Positions 55,142-64,000 of a DNA stretch of 64,000 bases are shown here, one piece after another (within the stretch, counting starts at the first letter, position 1; each line of letters starts with the position of its first letter). Origin of the DNA: an uncultured bacterium. GTDB lineage: Bacteria > Patescibacteriota > Minisyncoccia > UBA6257 > GWB1-50-10. Both the position numbers and the translations under genes were made by a program. The stretch covers positions 98,612-162,611 of the forward strand of contig CAVRNT010000001.1 of NCBI GenBank assembly GCA_963722655.1, read 5' to 3'. The notes beneath the pieces were generated by a model that saw only the letters and a list, made by a program, of their open reading frames with translations, did no database searches and was not told the origin of the DNA.

Positions 55142-57253
55142 TCAGTCCCAATTTTCCACCATAAGTAGTCCTTTTTCTTCCGGCATCTCTTTCCAAAGCG
55201 CCTCCGTGATGAAAGGCATGAAGGGATGCAGCATCTTGAGGGAATCCTTGAGGACCGCGAGCAAGATATTTTGCGTCGAGGTCCTCGTTCTTTCGTCGGC
55301 GAGCTGCTTTTTTGCCGTTTCCAGGTACTTATCGCAAAGGTCGTGCCAGAAGAAATCGTAAAGCCCTTGGAGCGCCTTGCTGAACTCGAATTTCTCTATG
55401 AGCTTCTCCGTTCCCTTTTTGGTTTTGGCGAGTTTGGTCAATATCTCCTTGTCGGCCGCCGTCACTGGCTTGGCCTTCCCGCCCGCCCTGCCGTTCTCGA
55501 TGACGAAGCGGGCCGCATTCCAGATCTTGTTACAGAACTTCCTCCCGGCCGCGACCGCCGCCTCGTCCCAGCGGATGTCCTGGCCCGTCGCCTGCCAGAC
55601 CACGGCGAAGCGCGCCGCGTCCGCGCCGAACTGGTCGATGTATTTCAGGGGGTCGATGCCGGTGCCCAAGCTCTTGGACATTCTTTTTCCGTCCTTCGTG
55701 AGAATGGTCCCATGGATCAGGACGTCTTTGAAGGGGACCTTGTCCATGAACTCCAGTCCGGAAAATATCATCCGGGCGACCCAGAGGTTCAAGATGTCGC
55801 GGGCGGTGATCAATGTGTTGCCGGGATAATATCTTTTCTTGTCGCTTTCGGAAAGCCCCGCGAAAGGCCAAAGGGCGGATGAGAACCAAGTATCCAAGAC
55901 GTCGGGTGCCTGTTCCATCTCGCACTTCCCGCAGACCGGGCACTTCTTCGGTCTTTCAGTGGCCACAATGAACTTCTCCTTCTCGTTCTTGCAAAAATAA
56001 ACGGGAAGTTGATGCCCCCACCAGATTTGGCGTGAGATCGTCCAGTCGCGGATGTTCGAGAGCCAGTCAAAATATATCCTTTGGAAATTTTTCGGTTGGA
56101 TGTTCACCTTACCGCTTTTGACCGCTTTCAAGGCGTTCTTGGCAAGCGTGCCCATCTTGAGGAACCACTGGGTGGAAGGAATGGGTTCGATGACATGGCC
56201 GCACCGCGAGCAGATGGAAACGTTGTGGACGTACGGCTCCTCTTTTTCCAATAATCCCTCCGCCTTGAGCTTCTTGATGATGGCGGCGCGGGCCTCTTCG
56301 GTCTTCAATCCGGCGTATTCTCCGGCATTCGAGTTCATCTTCCCGCGCTCATCGATCACTTGGATCGTCTGGAGCTTGTGACTTTGGCCGATCTCGAAGT
56401 CCAAGATGTCGTGGGCGGGCGTCACCTTCACCGCCCCCGTGCCGAAATCTTTGTCTATCTTGGGGTCGGCGATGATGGGTATCTCGCGGTCCGTGAGCGG
56501 AAGTTTCACGGTCTGACCGACGAGCGCCGCGTACCTCTTATCCTTCGGGTTCACTGCCACGGCCGTATCGCCGAGCATCGTCTCCGGTCTCGTCGTCGCC
56601 ACGATGACGAACCTGCCGCTTTGAACGGGATATTTTATGTACCACAGCGTTCCCTCCTCCTCCTCCTTATGTTCCAGCTCTAGGTCGGACAAACTCGTGC
56701 CGCAACGCAGACACCAGTTCACCGTCCGAAAGCCGCGATAAATCCAGCCCTTCTCGTAGTAGTGGACGAAGGCGGAGGTGACGTCCTTGGCGTAGGCCGG
56801 ATCCATCGTGAAGCGCAGGCGTGACCAATCGGCCGAGATGCCAATCCTTTTAAGCTGGCCGAGGATGATGCTCCCGTACTCTTCTTTCCATTTCCAGACG
56901 CGCTCAACGAACTTATCGCGGCCGAGATCGAAGCGCGACACCCCTTCTTTGCGCAGCTGTTTTTCGACGACGTATTGCGTGGCGATGCCGGCATGGTCCG
57001 TGCCGGGGAGATACAATGTCCTGAACCCCTTCATCCGGTGGAACCTAATCAGGATGTCCTGAAAGGAGTTGTTCAAAAGATGCCCCATATGGAGTGTCCC
57101 CGTCACGTTGGGGAGAGGCATATAGACGATGTAGTTCTTCTTCCTCTTCCCCGGCAGTTTGTCCGGATTGAAATAGCCGGAATTGAGCCACTTATGGTAT
57201 ATCTCCGGTTCAACCAGTTTCGGGTCGTAGGGTTTGGAGAAATCGGCCTTCAT
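55142..57253 (-). CDS. valS: Valine--tRNA ligase lacking the C-terminal coiled coil
   Basis: PNVTGTLHMGH, PGTDHAGIATQ, DWTISRQIWWGH, DVLDTWFSS, RMSKS. Confidence 0.97.
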   Translation of the reverse strand: MKADFSKPYDPKLVEPEIYHKWLNSGYFNPDKLPGKRKKNYIVYMPLPNVTGTLHMGHLLNNSFQDILIRFHRMKGFRTLYLPGTDHAGIATQYVVEKQLRKEGVSRFDLGRDKFVERVWKWKEEYGSIILGQLKRIGISADWSRLRFTMDPAYAKDVTSAFVHYYEKGWIYRGFRTVNWCLRCGTSLSDLELEHKEEEEGTLWYIKYPVQSGRFVIVATTRPETMLGDTAVAVNPKDKRYAALVGQTVKLPLTDREIPIIADPKIDKDFGTGAVKVTPAHDILDFEIGQSHKLQTIQVIDERGKMNSNAGEYAGLKTEEARAAIIKKLKAEGLLEKEEPYVHNVSICSRCGHVIEPIPSTQWFLKMGTLAKNALKAVKSGKVNIQPKNFQRIYFDWLSNIRDWTISRQIWWGHQLPVYFCKNEKEKFIVATERPKKCPVCGKCEMEQAPDVLDTWFSSALWPFAGLSESDKKRYYPGNTLITARDILNLWVARMIFSGLEFMDKVPFKDVLIHGTILTKDGKRMSKSLGTGIDPLKYIDQFGADAARFAVVWQATGQDIRWDEAAVAAGRKFCNKIWNAARFVIENGRAGGKAKPVTAADKEILTKLAKTKKGTEKLIEKFEFSKALQGLYDFFWHDLCDKYLETAKKQLADERTRTSTQNILLAVLKDSLKMLHPFMPFITEALWKEMPEEKGLLMVENWD

Positions 57254-57293
57254 TTATTCGATTATCGCCGATTTTAGGCCCGAAAGGAAGTGT

Positions 57294-58334
57294 TTAAAGG
57301 GTCAAATTCGCCTGAGCCGTTATACGGCGATTTTTCTTTTTGAGGATTTGGATGTAAGCGGCGGCGGCGATCATCGCGGCATTGTCGGTATTGAACTCCA
57401 TCCCCGGCGCGAAGAAGTTGATTTTCAGCTCGTGGCTTTTTGCTTTCAGTGCTTCACGCAAAGATTGATTGGCGGCCACGCCTCCGGCGAGGATGATGGA
57501 CCCGGCCTTGTACGCCTTGGCGGCCTTGATCGTTTTGTAAACTAGTGTGTCGACGGCGGCTTTCTGGAAAGAGGCCGCGACGTCGTTCACGGAGGCATTC
57601 TTGTGGTCGCGAAGGTAATAAAGGACGGAGGTCTTGAGTCCGGAGAAACTGAAGTCGTAGTTCTTGTCGTGCATCATCGGCCGGGGGAAATTGATCGCCT
57701 CGGGGTTCCCGGAAGCGGCGTCTTTCTGGATCTCCGGCCCGCCGGGGTAGGGCAGGCCGAGCATCCGGGCCACCTTATCGAAGGCCTCGCCCACGGCATC
57801 GTCGCGCGTCTCGCCCAACTTCTTCCACTCGGTGAGCGACTTGAGGAGAAGAAGTATTGTATGCCCGCCGGAGACCACGAGGCCTATGGCCGGGAAAGTC
57901 CGTTTAGGAATTAGAAGTTTGTCATTAGAAATTCCAGTTTTCTGCATGAGCAGAAAACTGTAAAGATGACCTTCCATGTGATTCGTCCCGACGAGCTTCG
58001 CTTTAGGGAATTTGTTTTTACGGAGTTCCTTGGCGAATTCAATACCCGTCCAAAGCGCCGGCTCGAGGCCGGGGCCGACGGTGACGGCGATCGCGTCCAC
58101 TTGTCCCTTGTTTCCTGTCTCTTGTAGCTCCCGAAAAACCAGCGGAAGGTTTTTCAGGTGTTCGCGCTTCGCGATGTTGGGAACGACCCCACCGAAGGGC
58201 GCGTGGAGGGCCACCTGGGAGGAGACGACGTTCTTCAAAACCTTGAACCGCGGGTCTTTGAGACCGCCCGAGGCCTCGACGAGCGCCATGGCCGTTTCGT
58301 CGCAACTCGTTTCTATTGATAGTATCTTCATCAC
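57294..58334 (-). CDS. tsaD: tRNA N6-threonylcarbamoyltransferase TsaD
   Basis: IETSCDET, GGVVP..A.REH, NHMEGH, VSGGHT, DDAVGEAFDK, FSFSGLKT, TDNAAMIA. Confidence 0.97.
   Translation of the reverse strand: MMKILSIETSCDETAMALVEASGGLKDPRFKVLKNVVSSQVALHAPFGGVVPNIAKREHLKNLPLVFRELQETGNKGQVDAIAVTVGPGLEPALWTGIEFAKELRKNKFPKAKLVGTNHMEGHLYSFLLMQKTGISNDKLLIPKRTFPAIGLVVSGGHTILLLLKSLTEWKKLGETRDDAVGEAFDKVARMLGLPYPGGPEIQKDAASGNPEAINFPRPMMHDKNYDFSFSGLKTSVLYYLRDHKNASVNDVAASFQKAAVDTLVYKTIKAAKAYKAGSIILAGGVAANQSLREALKAKSHELKINFFAPGMEFNTDNAAMIAAAAYIQILKKKNRRITAQANLTL
57904..57931. repeat. Degenerate 7-nt tandem tract inside tsaD
   Basis: TTAGGAA TTAGAAG TTTGTCA TTAGAAA. Confidence 0.65.
58097..58124. repeat. 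Degenerate 7-nt tandem tract inside tsaD
   Basis: CCACTTG TCCCTTG TTTCCTG TCTCTTG. Confidence 0.75.
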
Positions 58335-58372
58335 TTGAAATTAGGACTGTATAATATAAGAATAATAGTACT

Positions 58373-58777
58373 ATGATTCAACCTCTTTGGATTTGGAGCG
58401 ATTGGGGACTGCTCGTCTTGCGGGTTATTTTAGGCCTCATTCTCATCAAGCACGGTTGGCCGAAGCTGAAGGACCTGAAGCAGGCCGGCAATGGTTTCGC
58501 TCAAATGGGCTTCAAGCCCGGCGTCTTCTGGGCGACCGTCGTTTCGCTCCTGGAGGTCTTCGGCGGGTTGCTTCTCATCCTCGGATTTCTCACCCAAATC
58601 GTCGCCTTCTTCGTCGCCATTGAGTTCATTGTCATCCTCATCAAGGTGAAGCGGAAGGCCGGCTTCGTGGGTGGGTACGAGTTCGAGCTCTTGATTTTGG
58701 CCGCCGCGCTCGCCCTTATCGTCTTGGGCGCCGGCCGCGTGAGTTTGGACACCGTTTCCGGGCTCATAATTTATTAA
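58373..58777 (+). CDS. DoxX family membrane protein
   Basis: LLVLRVILG...HGWPKL, LEVFGGLLLILG, GYEF, GAGRVSLD. Confidence 0.92.
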   Translation: MIQPLWIWSDWGLLVLRVILGLILIKHGWPKLKDLKQAGNGFAQMGFKPGVFWATVVSLLEVFGGLLLILGFLTQIVAFFVAIEFIVILIKVKRKAGFVGGYEFELLILAAALALIVLGAGRVSLDTVSGLIIY

Positions 58778-58783
58778 CCTTCA

Positions 58784-60268
58784 ATGCGTCGATTTTGGGA
58801 GATCCTCCCCGGTGCGGCGGCTTGGTTCACCCTCCTCGTTCTTCTTTTCTTTTCCTGGTATTTACCGGTCGCGGTCGTCATCTTCATCCTGCTCTACGAT
58901 CTCTATTGGTTGCTGCGCATCATCTATTTCTTCTTCCACCTCACTTTCTCCTTTCGGCGGATGCGGTCGAACATGAAGGTGAATTGGCTGGGGCGGCTCG
59001 GTTCCGAAAAAGGCGGGGAGTGGGAAAAGGTCTTCCACTTGGTCATCTTGCCGGCCTACCACGAACCTTTCACACTCGTTCGCCGGACGTTTTTGACCTT
59101 GGCCGAGGCGAACTATCCCAAAGAGAACTTCCTCGTCGTCCTCGCGACCGAAGAGCGGGGCGAAACGGAGGACGCGCTCGTGGCGGAAAAGATCGCCGCG
59201 GAGTTCGGCCGGACCTTCGGCGGCTTCTTGATCACCCGCCATCCGGCGAACGTTTCCGGGGAGATGCCGGGCAAGGGCTCGAACGAGACCTGGGCCGCTC
59301 ACGAGGCCGTGAAGAAGCTCGTAGAGGCGAAGGGCCTCGACCCCCGAAACGTCATCGTCTCGGTCTTCGATGCCGATACGCGGCCCGGCCCGGATTATTT
59401 TGGGCTCCTCGCGCACGGATTCTTGAGTTCGCCGGAGGGCGCCCGGTCGAGCTACCAGCCGATACCGATCTTCGTGAACAATTTAGAAGGAGCACCCTTC
59501 TTCGCATACATCGTCGGTTTCTCCTCCACCTTCTGGCAGCTGATGCAGGGATCGCGGCCGGAACAGCTCGTGACCTTTTCCTCCCACAGCATGCCGCTTG
59601 CGGCCTTGATCGAGGTCGGCTTTTGGGAGACGGACCTCGTCTCCGAGGACTCGCGAATATTCTTCGAGTGCCTCGAGCGCTTCCGGGGCGATTGGCGGAC
59701 CGTGCCACTCTTTTATCCGGTCTACATGGACGCAGTCTCCGGTCCGGATATTTGGAGCGCGGTGAAGAACCTTTACAAGCAGCAGCGGCGCTGGGGTTGG
59801 GGAGCGGAGAACCTAGGACGCTTCGCGGCAGGCACGAAAACGGAAAAAGATTTTCCCCGGAAATTGCGCTGGTTCTGGCTCTGGGTGCTCTTTGACGGCT
59901 TCTACTTTTGGGCGACGAGTGCGCTTGTCATCTTCCTCTTCGGCTGGCTGCCGAACGTCTTGGGCGGCACGGCCTTCACCACCTCGATCGTCTCCTACAA
60001 CCTGCCGCGGATGACCGGACTCATCTTGAACTTTAGCTTGATCGGCGTAATCGCCCTCGCCATTTGGAGCGCGGCGATACTCCGCACGGAAAAGGGCGGT
60101 ATGCCAAAAATGAACTATTTGCTTTACGTCCTGGGTTGGGTCCTCACGCCCCTCACGACTATCATCTTCGGTGCCATCCCCGCCCTTGAAGCCCAGACCC
60201 GGCTCATGCTCGGCGGCAAATACCGCTTGGGATTTTGGAAGACGCCGAAATTGGCGGCAAAAAAATGA
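58784..60268 (+). CDS. Membrane-bound processive glycosyltransferase family 2
   Basis: GKGSNE, FDAD, SEDS, QQRRW (QxxRW); flanking TMs. Confidence 0.88.
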   Translation: MRRFWEILPGAAAWFTLLVLLFFSWYLPVAVVIFILLYDLYWLLRIIYFFFHLTFSFRRMRSNMKVNWLGRLGSEKGGEWEKVFHLVILPAYHEPFTLVRRTFLTLAEANYPKENFLVVLATEERGETEDALVAEKIAAEFGRTFGGFLITRHPANVSGEMPGKGSNETWAAHEAVKKLVEAKGLDPRNVIVSVFDADTRPGPDYFGLLAHGFLSSPEGARSSYQPIPIFVNNLEGAPFFAYIVGFSSTFWQLMQGSRPEQLVTFSSHSMPLAALIEVGFWETDLVSEDSRIFFECLERFRGDWRTVPLFYPVYMDAVSGPDIWSAVKNLYKQQRRWGWGAENLGRFAAGTKTEKDFPRKLRWFWLWVLFDGFYFWATSALVIFLFGWLPNVLGGTAFTTSIVSYNLPRMTGLILNFSLIGVIALAIWSAAILRTEKGGMPKMNYLLYVLGWVLTPLTTIIFGAIPALEAQTRLMLGGKYRLGFWKTPKLAAKK

Positions 60269-60798
60269 ACGAATATGTCACGGAGGGGATAGTGCTCCAC
60301 GTGCGCAACCAGCGTGAGACAGATCGGAGCGCCGACGTCTTCGCCCGCAAGCTCGGCCGCGTCGAGATCAAGGTCACGGGTGGCCGCAAACCGCTCTCGA
60401 AGCTCTCGCCCCACTTGGACGTCCTAGTTCTCGTGAAACTCCGGCTCGTCGAGAAGAACCAGATCACGGTCGTGGACGCGCTCCAAGGAGAGAGATTCGA
60501 AAAGTTGGAGAAGGACTCGACCTTGCGGGCTCGGGCGCTCACCCTCATCTATCTCTTGCGATCGCTCTTGCCCAAGGGCGAACCGGACGAAGCGCTCTGG
60601 CATTATCTCCTGCGCGCCTTCCGCTCTGGCGAGTGGGAGACTGGCGAGGTCCTGCGCATTTTGGGCTACGCGCCGGAGGGAGCGAGCTGCGCTGCGTGCG
60701 GTCGCCGACCGGTCGCCGCTTTCCATCTGAAGGACCAGGAATTTTTCTGCTCGCGGTGCGTTTCAAAGGCGCCCCCGAACGAGGTAGTATACTTATAA
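60265..60798 (+). CDS. recO: DNA repair protein RecO
   Basis: TEGIVL......ETDR.....ARKLG.....GGRK..SKL, LGYAP...CAACG..FFCSRC. Confidence 0.88.
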   Translation: MNEYVTEGIVLHVRNQRETDRSADVFARKLGRVEIKVTGGRKPLSKLSPHLDVLVLVKLRLVEKNQITVVDALQGERFEKLEKDSTLRARALTLIYLLRSLLPKGEPDEALWHYLLRAFRSGEWETGEVLRILGYAPEGASCAACGRRPVAAFHLKDQEFFCSRCVSKAPPNEVVYL

Positions 60799-60828
60799 AA
60801 TATTTAAAGATTTGAAGATCTAAAAAGA

Positions 60829-62667
60829 ATGGCTTTAGAAAATTTGGAAAAAAGATTGCGCTCCCGGGCGAAAGCGAGCGCGAAGCGCTCCGGCCTCCCT
60901 CGGAAGGAAACGCTCAAAAGAAGACTCTTCACCAAGGACGACGAGGAATTCCCGTCCTGGCTGAAGCGCCTAATGGTCCTGGGCGGCGGTTTCACTCTTC
61001 TCGTGATTGTCGTCGGCCTCGGTCTCATCCTCTTCTACACGGGCGGCGGGCGGGACGTGACCGTGACGCTCACCCTTCCCCAGACCGTGACGCGCGGCGA
61101 ACCCTTCGATGCCCAAATGGAAATAATGAACTCGACCGCCGCGCCGCTCCAAGGAGGAGCGGTCGAGATCGACCTGCCCGCCGGGATCGTGAACTACAAC
61201 GGGCCGAGTGCGCACATCCTTTCGGACCAGATCGGGGACGTCGGCGTCGGCAGTTTGAGCAAAAAGACCTATTCGCTCCTCCCCGTTGGGCCGATCGGCG
61301 AGAACGAGTCCATCGCCGCCGTTTTCAATTACTCGACGGGCGGCGGCGCCCAGTTCCAAAACCGGGCGACGGCCGAAACGGCCGTAAAGGATGAAGCGCT
61401 CGCTTTGACCGCGACGCCCCCGACGCAGATCCTCTCCGGCTCCACCTTCCAGGTCCCGATCGTCTACGAGAATGACTCCGATTTCGATTTCCCGGCGATG
61501 ACCCTCTCGGCCGACTACCCGGACGGTTTCAAGTTCGACGCCTCGGACGTTCCGCCGGCCTCGCTCAATGACTATTGGCAGCTGGGTGACCTCAAACCCC
61601 ATGCCTCGGGGACGGTGACGATCACCGGACACCTCATGGGGAACGCCTCAGCCGCGGTTTTGCCCTTGAAGCTCTCCGCGACCTTCGGCGGCGAGGATTT
61701 CCCGCTCGCCGAAACGAGCGTGTCCTTGAACCCCTCGCCCTCGCCCGTCTCTTTGAATGTCCTCGTGAACGGCGGCAACGCCTACGTCGCCCGCGTCGGC
61801 GACGCGTTGAACTATCAGATCCAGTATCAGAACGGGAGCGGCGTCGCCCTCGCGAACGTCATCATCAAAGCGACCATCGTCGGCGATATGTTGGACCTTT
61901 CGACTCTTTCAACGGACGGTCAGTTCGACTCGGGCGCCCAGACCGTGACCTGGAGCGCAGCGAACCTACCCGCTCTCGCGCTCGTTCCGCCAGGCGGGGG
62001 CGGTACGGTGAACGTCACGGTCAAGCTGAAGAATCAGTTCAACGCGGCGCGCTTGAACGACAAGAACTACTCCGTCCAGATGAGCGTCGTGATGACCTCG
62101 CCCACCGTGCCGCCCTACGTTTCCGCGACCCGCACGACGGCTCAGGCGATCGTGGCGACCAAGATCTCCGGTATCGTCGACGTCTCGGCCCAAGGTTACT
62201 ACCGCGATGCGCCGAGCGGCATCGTGAACCCCGGGAGCCTGCCGCCCAAGGTGGGCCAAGCGACCGATTTCACCATCCATTGGGACATCACGAACTATTC
62301 GACCGACCTTTCGGGCGTCACGGTTTCGGCGCCGCTCCCGCCCGGCGTTTCCTGGACGGGTCAGGTGAAGAGCAATATCACGGAAGCTCCGATCTATGAT
62401 CCGAGCACGGGTGACGTCGTTTGGACCATCGCGAGCGTCCCGGCCGGCCGGGGGGTCTTGAGCGACCCGGTCGAGGCCGTCTTCCAAGTGGCGGCGACGC
62501 CTACCTCCGACTACACCGGGCAATTCGAGCCGCTCCTCGGGGCGACCTCGCTCTCCGCGACCGACAGTTTCACGGGCCTCGCGCTCGCGAGCCAGGACGC
62601 GCCCGTCACGACCGCCTTGCCGGACGATCCGACGGTCGGCCAGAGCCAAGGGATCGTGGCGCCTTAA
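60829..62667 (+). CDS. Membrane-anchored multi-Ig (DUF11-like) surface protein
   Basis: One TM then several beta-sandwich repeats (W.LGDL, VGDALNYQIQYQN, PPKVGQAT.FTIHW.ITN). Confidence 0.75.
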   Translation: MALENLEKRLRSRAKASAKRSGLPRKETLKRRLFTKDDEEFPSWLKRLMVLGGGFTLLVIVVGLGLILFYTGGGRDVTVTLTLPQTVTRGEPFDAQMEIMNSTAAPLQGGAVEIDLPAGIVNYNGPSAHILSDQIGDVGVGSLSKKTYSLLPVGPIGENESIAAVFNYSTGGGAQFQNRATAETAVKDEALALTATPPTQILSGSTFQVPIVYENDSDFDFPAMTLSADYPDGFKFDASDVPPASLNDYWQLGDLKPHASGTVTITGHLMGNASAAVLPLKLSATFGGEDFPLAETSVSLNPSPSPVSLNVLVNGGNAYVARVGDALNYQIQYQNGSGVALANVIIKATIVGDMLDLSTLSTDGQFDSGAQTVTWSAANLPALALVPPGGGGTVNVTVKLKNQFNAARLNDKNYSVQMSVVMTSPTVPPYVSATRTTAQAIVATKISGIVDVSAQGYYRDAPSGIVNPGSLPPKVGQATDFTIHWDITNYSTDLSGVTVSAPLPPGVSWTGQVKSNITEAPIYDPSTGDVVWTIASVPAGRGVLSDPVEAVFQVAATPTSDYTGQFEPLLGATSLSATDSFTGLALASQDAPVTTALPDDPTVGQSQGIVAP

Positions 62668-62706
62668 AGATTTCAAATTGGGGATTTCTCGTTTAGAATT
62701 AGACGA

Positions 62707-64000
62707 ATGGACATTTGGGAGAAGATAACCAGCTTGGCCAAGCGCCGAGGTTTCATCTATCCGGGCTCCGAGATCTACGGCGGTCTTGCCGGCACCTGGG
62801 ATTACGGCCCCTTAGGCACGGAGCTCAAGCGCAACATTAAAAGTGAGTTCTGGAAGACGATGGTCCAGGAGCGTGAGGACGTCGTCGGATTGGATGCCGC
62901 GATCATTATGAACCCGAAGGTCTGGGAGGCCTCGGGACACCTCACGTCATTCTCCGACCCGCTCGTCGAGTGCAAGAAATGCCATCACCGTTTCCGCGCC
63001 GACCAGCCCCCCGGGGAAAAATGCCCGGACTGCGGCGGCGAGCTCACGACCCCGAAGCAGTTCAACTTGATGGTCGAGACGTACTTGGGCGTCATCGAGG
63101 GCGAGAAGCTCAAAACGTACCTGCGCGGTGAGATTACCCAGGGCGTCCACGTCAACTTCAAGAACGTCTTGAGCTCCACGCGGGTGAAGATCCCCTTCGG
63201 CGTCGCCCAGATCGGCAAGGCCTTTCGGAACGAGATTACGCCCGGCGGGCTCACCTTCCGTTCCCGCGAGTTCGAGCAGATGGAGCTCCAGTTCTACGTG
63301 AGACCCGAAGAGAAGGAGTCGATGAAATGGCTCGATTACTGGAAGAAACAGAGGATGGATTGGTACCTCGCGCTCGGGATGAAAAAGGGGAATCTGCGCT
63401 TCAAGGAGCACGGGAAGGACGAGTTGGCGCACTATGCCAAAGCCGCCTTCGACATTGAGTTCAATGCCGAAGGGGATTGGAAGGAGATGGAGGGTGTTCA
63501 TCACCGCGGCGACTGGGACGTGCGGCGGCATCAGGAATTCTCGGGCGAGGATATGACCTACTTCGACGAAGAGACGAAAGAGAAATACCTGCCCTACATC
63601 ATCGAGACCTCGGGCGGCGTTGACCGCGCGGCCCTCTTCTTCCTGATGAACGCCTACGAAGAGGAGAAGACGAAGGACGGCGAGGAGAGGACGGTCCTGC
63701 ATCTCCATTCGAAGCTCGCGCCATACAAGGTGGCGGTCTTCCCGCTCCTCGCGAACAAGCCGAAACTCGTGGAGTTGGCCCAAGAGATCGCGGGCGATTT
63801 GCGCAAGGACTTTATGGTCGCCTGGGACAGCCGGGGGAACATCGGCAAGCGCTACCGCGCCCAGGACGAAGCCGGCACGCCCTATTGCGTCACGGTTGAC
63901 TTTGAAAGTTTGGAAAAGAACGACGTCACGGTCCGCGACCGGGACACGATGAAACAGGAGAGAGTGAAGATAAAGGAGCTACCGGCCTATTTCGCCGAGT
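62707..64000 (+). CDS. glyQS: Glycine--tRNA ligase, alpha2 type (3' end runs off the window)
   Basis: Manual translation MDIWEKITSLAKRRGFIYPGSEIYGG..WDYGPLG, QIGKAFRNEITP, REFEQME, IGKRYRAQDEAGTP. Confidence 0.96.
   Translation, partial: MDIWEKITSLAKRRGFIYPGSEIYGGLAGTWDYGPLGTELKRNIKSEFWKTMVQEREDVVGLDAAIIMNPKVWEASGHLTSFSDPLVECKKCHHRFRADQPPGEKCPDCGGELTTPKQFNLMVETYLGVIEGEKLKTYLRGEITQGVHVNFKNVLSSTRVKIPFGVAQIGKAFRNEITPGGLTFRSREFEQMELQFYVRPEEKESMKWLDYWKKQRMDWYLALGMKKGNLRFKEHGKDELAHYAKAAFDIEFNAEGDWKEMEGVHHRGDWDVRRHQEFSGEDMTYFDEETKEKYLPYIIETSGGVDRAALFFLMNAYEEEKTKDGEERTVLHLHSKLAPYKVAVFPLLANKPKLVELAQEIAGDLRKDFMVAWDSRGNIGKRYRAQDEAGTPYCVTVDFESLEKNDVTVRDRDTMKQERVKIKELPAYFAE

Noticed and set aside
26554-63783. 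Long antisense ORFs in the track (e.g. 26554-27393, 39474-40415, 51531-52616, 62947-63783)
   Set aside because: They mirror well-identified genes (xer, ftsH, nusA, glyQS); strong G/C bias at third codon positions removes antisense stops, and they show no family motifs
1-64000. Genome-wide alternative genetic code (TGA=Gly)
   Set aside because: Conserved genes end at TGA at the expected positions, often in ATGA couplings, and no core gene is interrupted

Overview
64 kb of a bacterial chromosome around the replication origin (dnaN-oriC-dnaA <> rpmH-rnpA-yidC-jag). Gene content (shortened housekeeping proteins, alpha2-type GlyRS, VirB2/TrbC-like pilin arrays, PrgI/VirB4/VirB6 locus, tRNA-Ile(UAU)) points to a Patescibacteria/CPR genome, most likely Parcubacteria, using the standard code (TGA is a stop). 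Most of the window is housekeeping: ruvC, PBP1A, rsmA, pnp, rpsO, xer, gyrA, rpsA, ftsH, glyA, folD, recA, ftsK, nusA, valS, tsaD, recO, glyQS and three tRNAs. Unusual signals: (i) at least nine degenerate 7-nt-periodic tracts inside essential genes, including an identical 30-mer read in different frames in rsmA and folD; (ii) a chromosomal T4SS-like locus with no relaxase or coupling protein in the window, ending in a pilin fused to a Cys-rich, M15-like Zn peptidase domain; (iii) four pilins next to a protein O-mannosyltransferase and an orphan sugar-binding protein; (iv) AT-rich ORFan cassettes, each with its own consensus sigma70 promoter and SD and usually a terminator, one interrupted by an in-frame TGA; (v) apparently leaderless core transcripts; (vi) REP-like palindromes. 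No CRISPR array, rRNA, transposase or prophage was seen. All calls come from reading the sequence; no database search was run.
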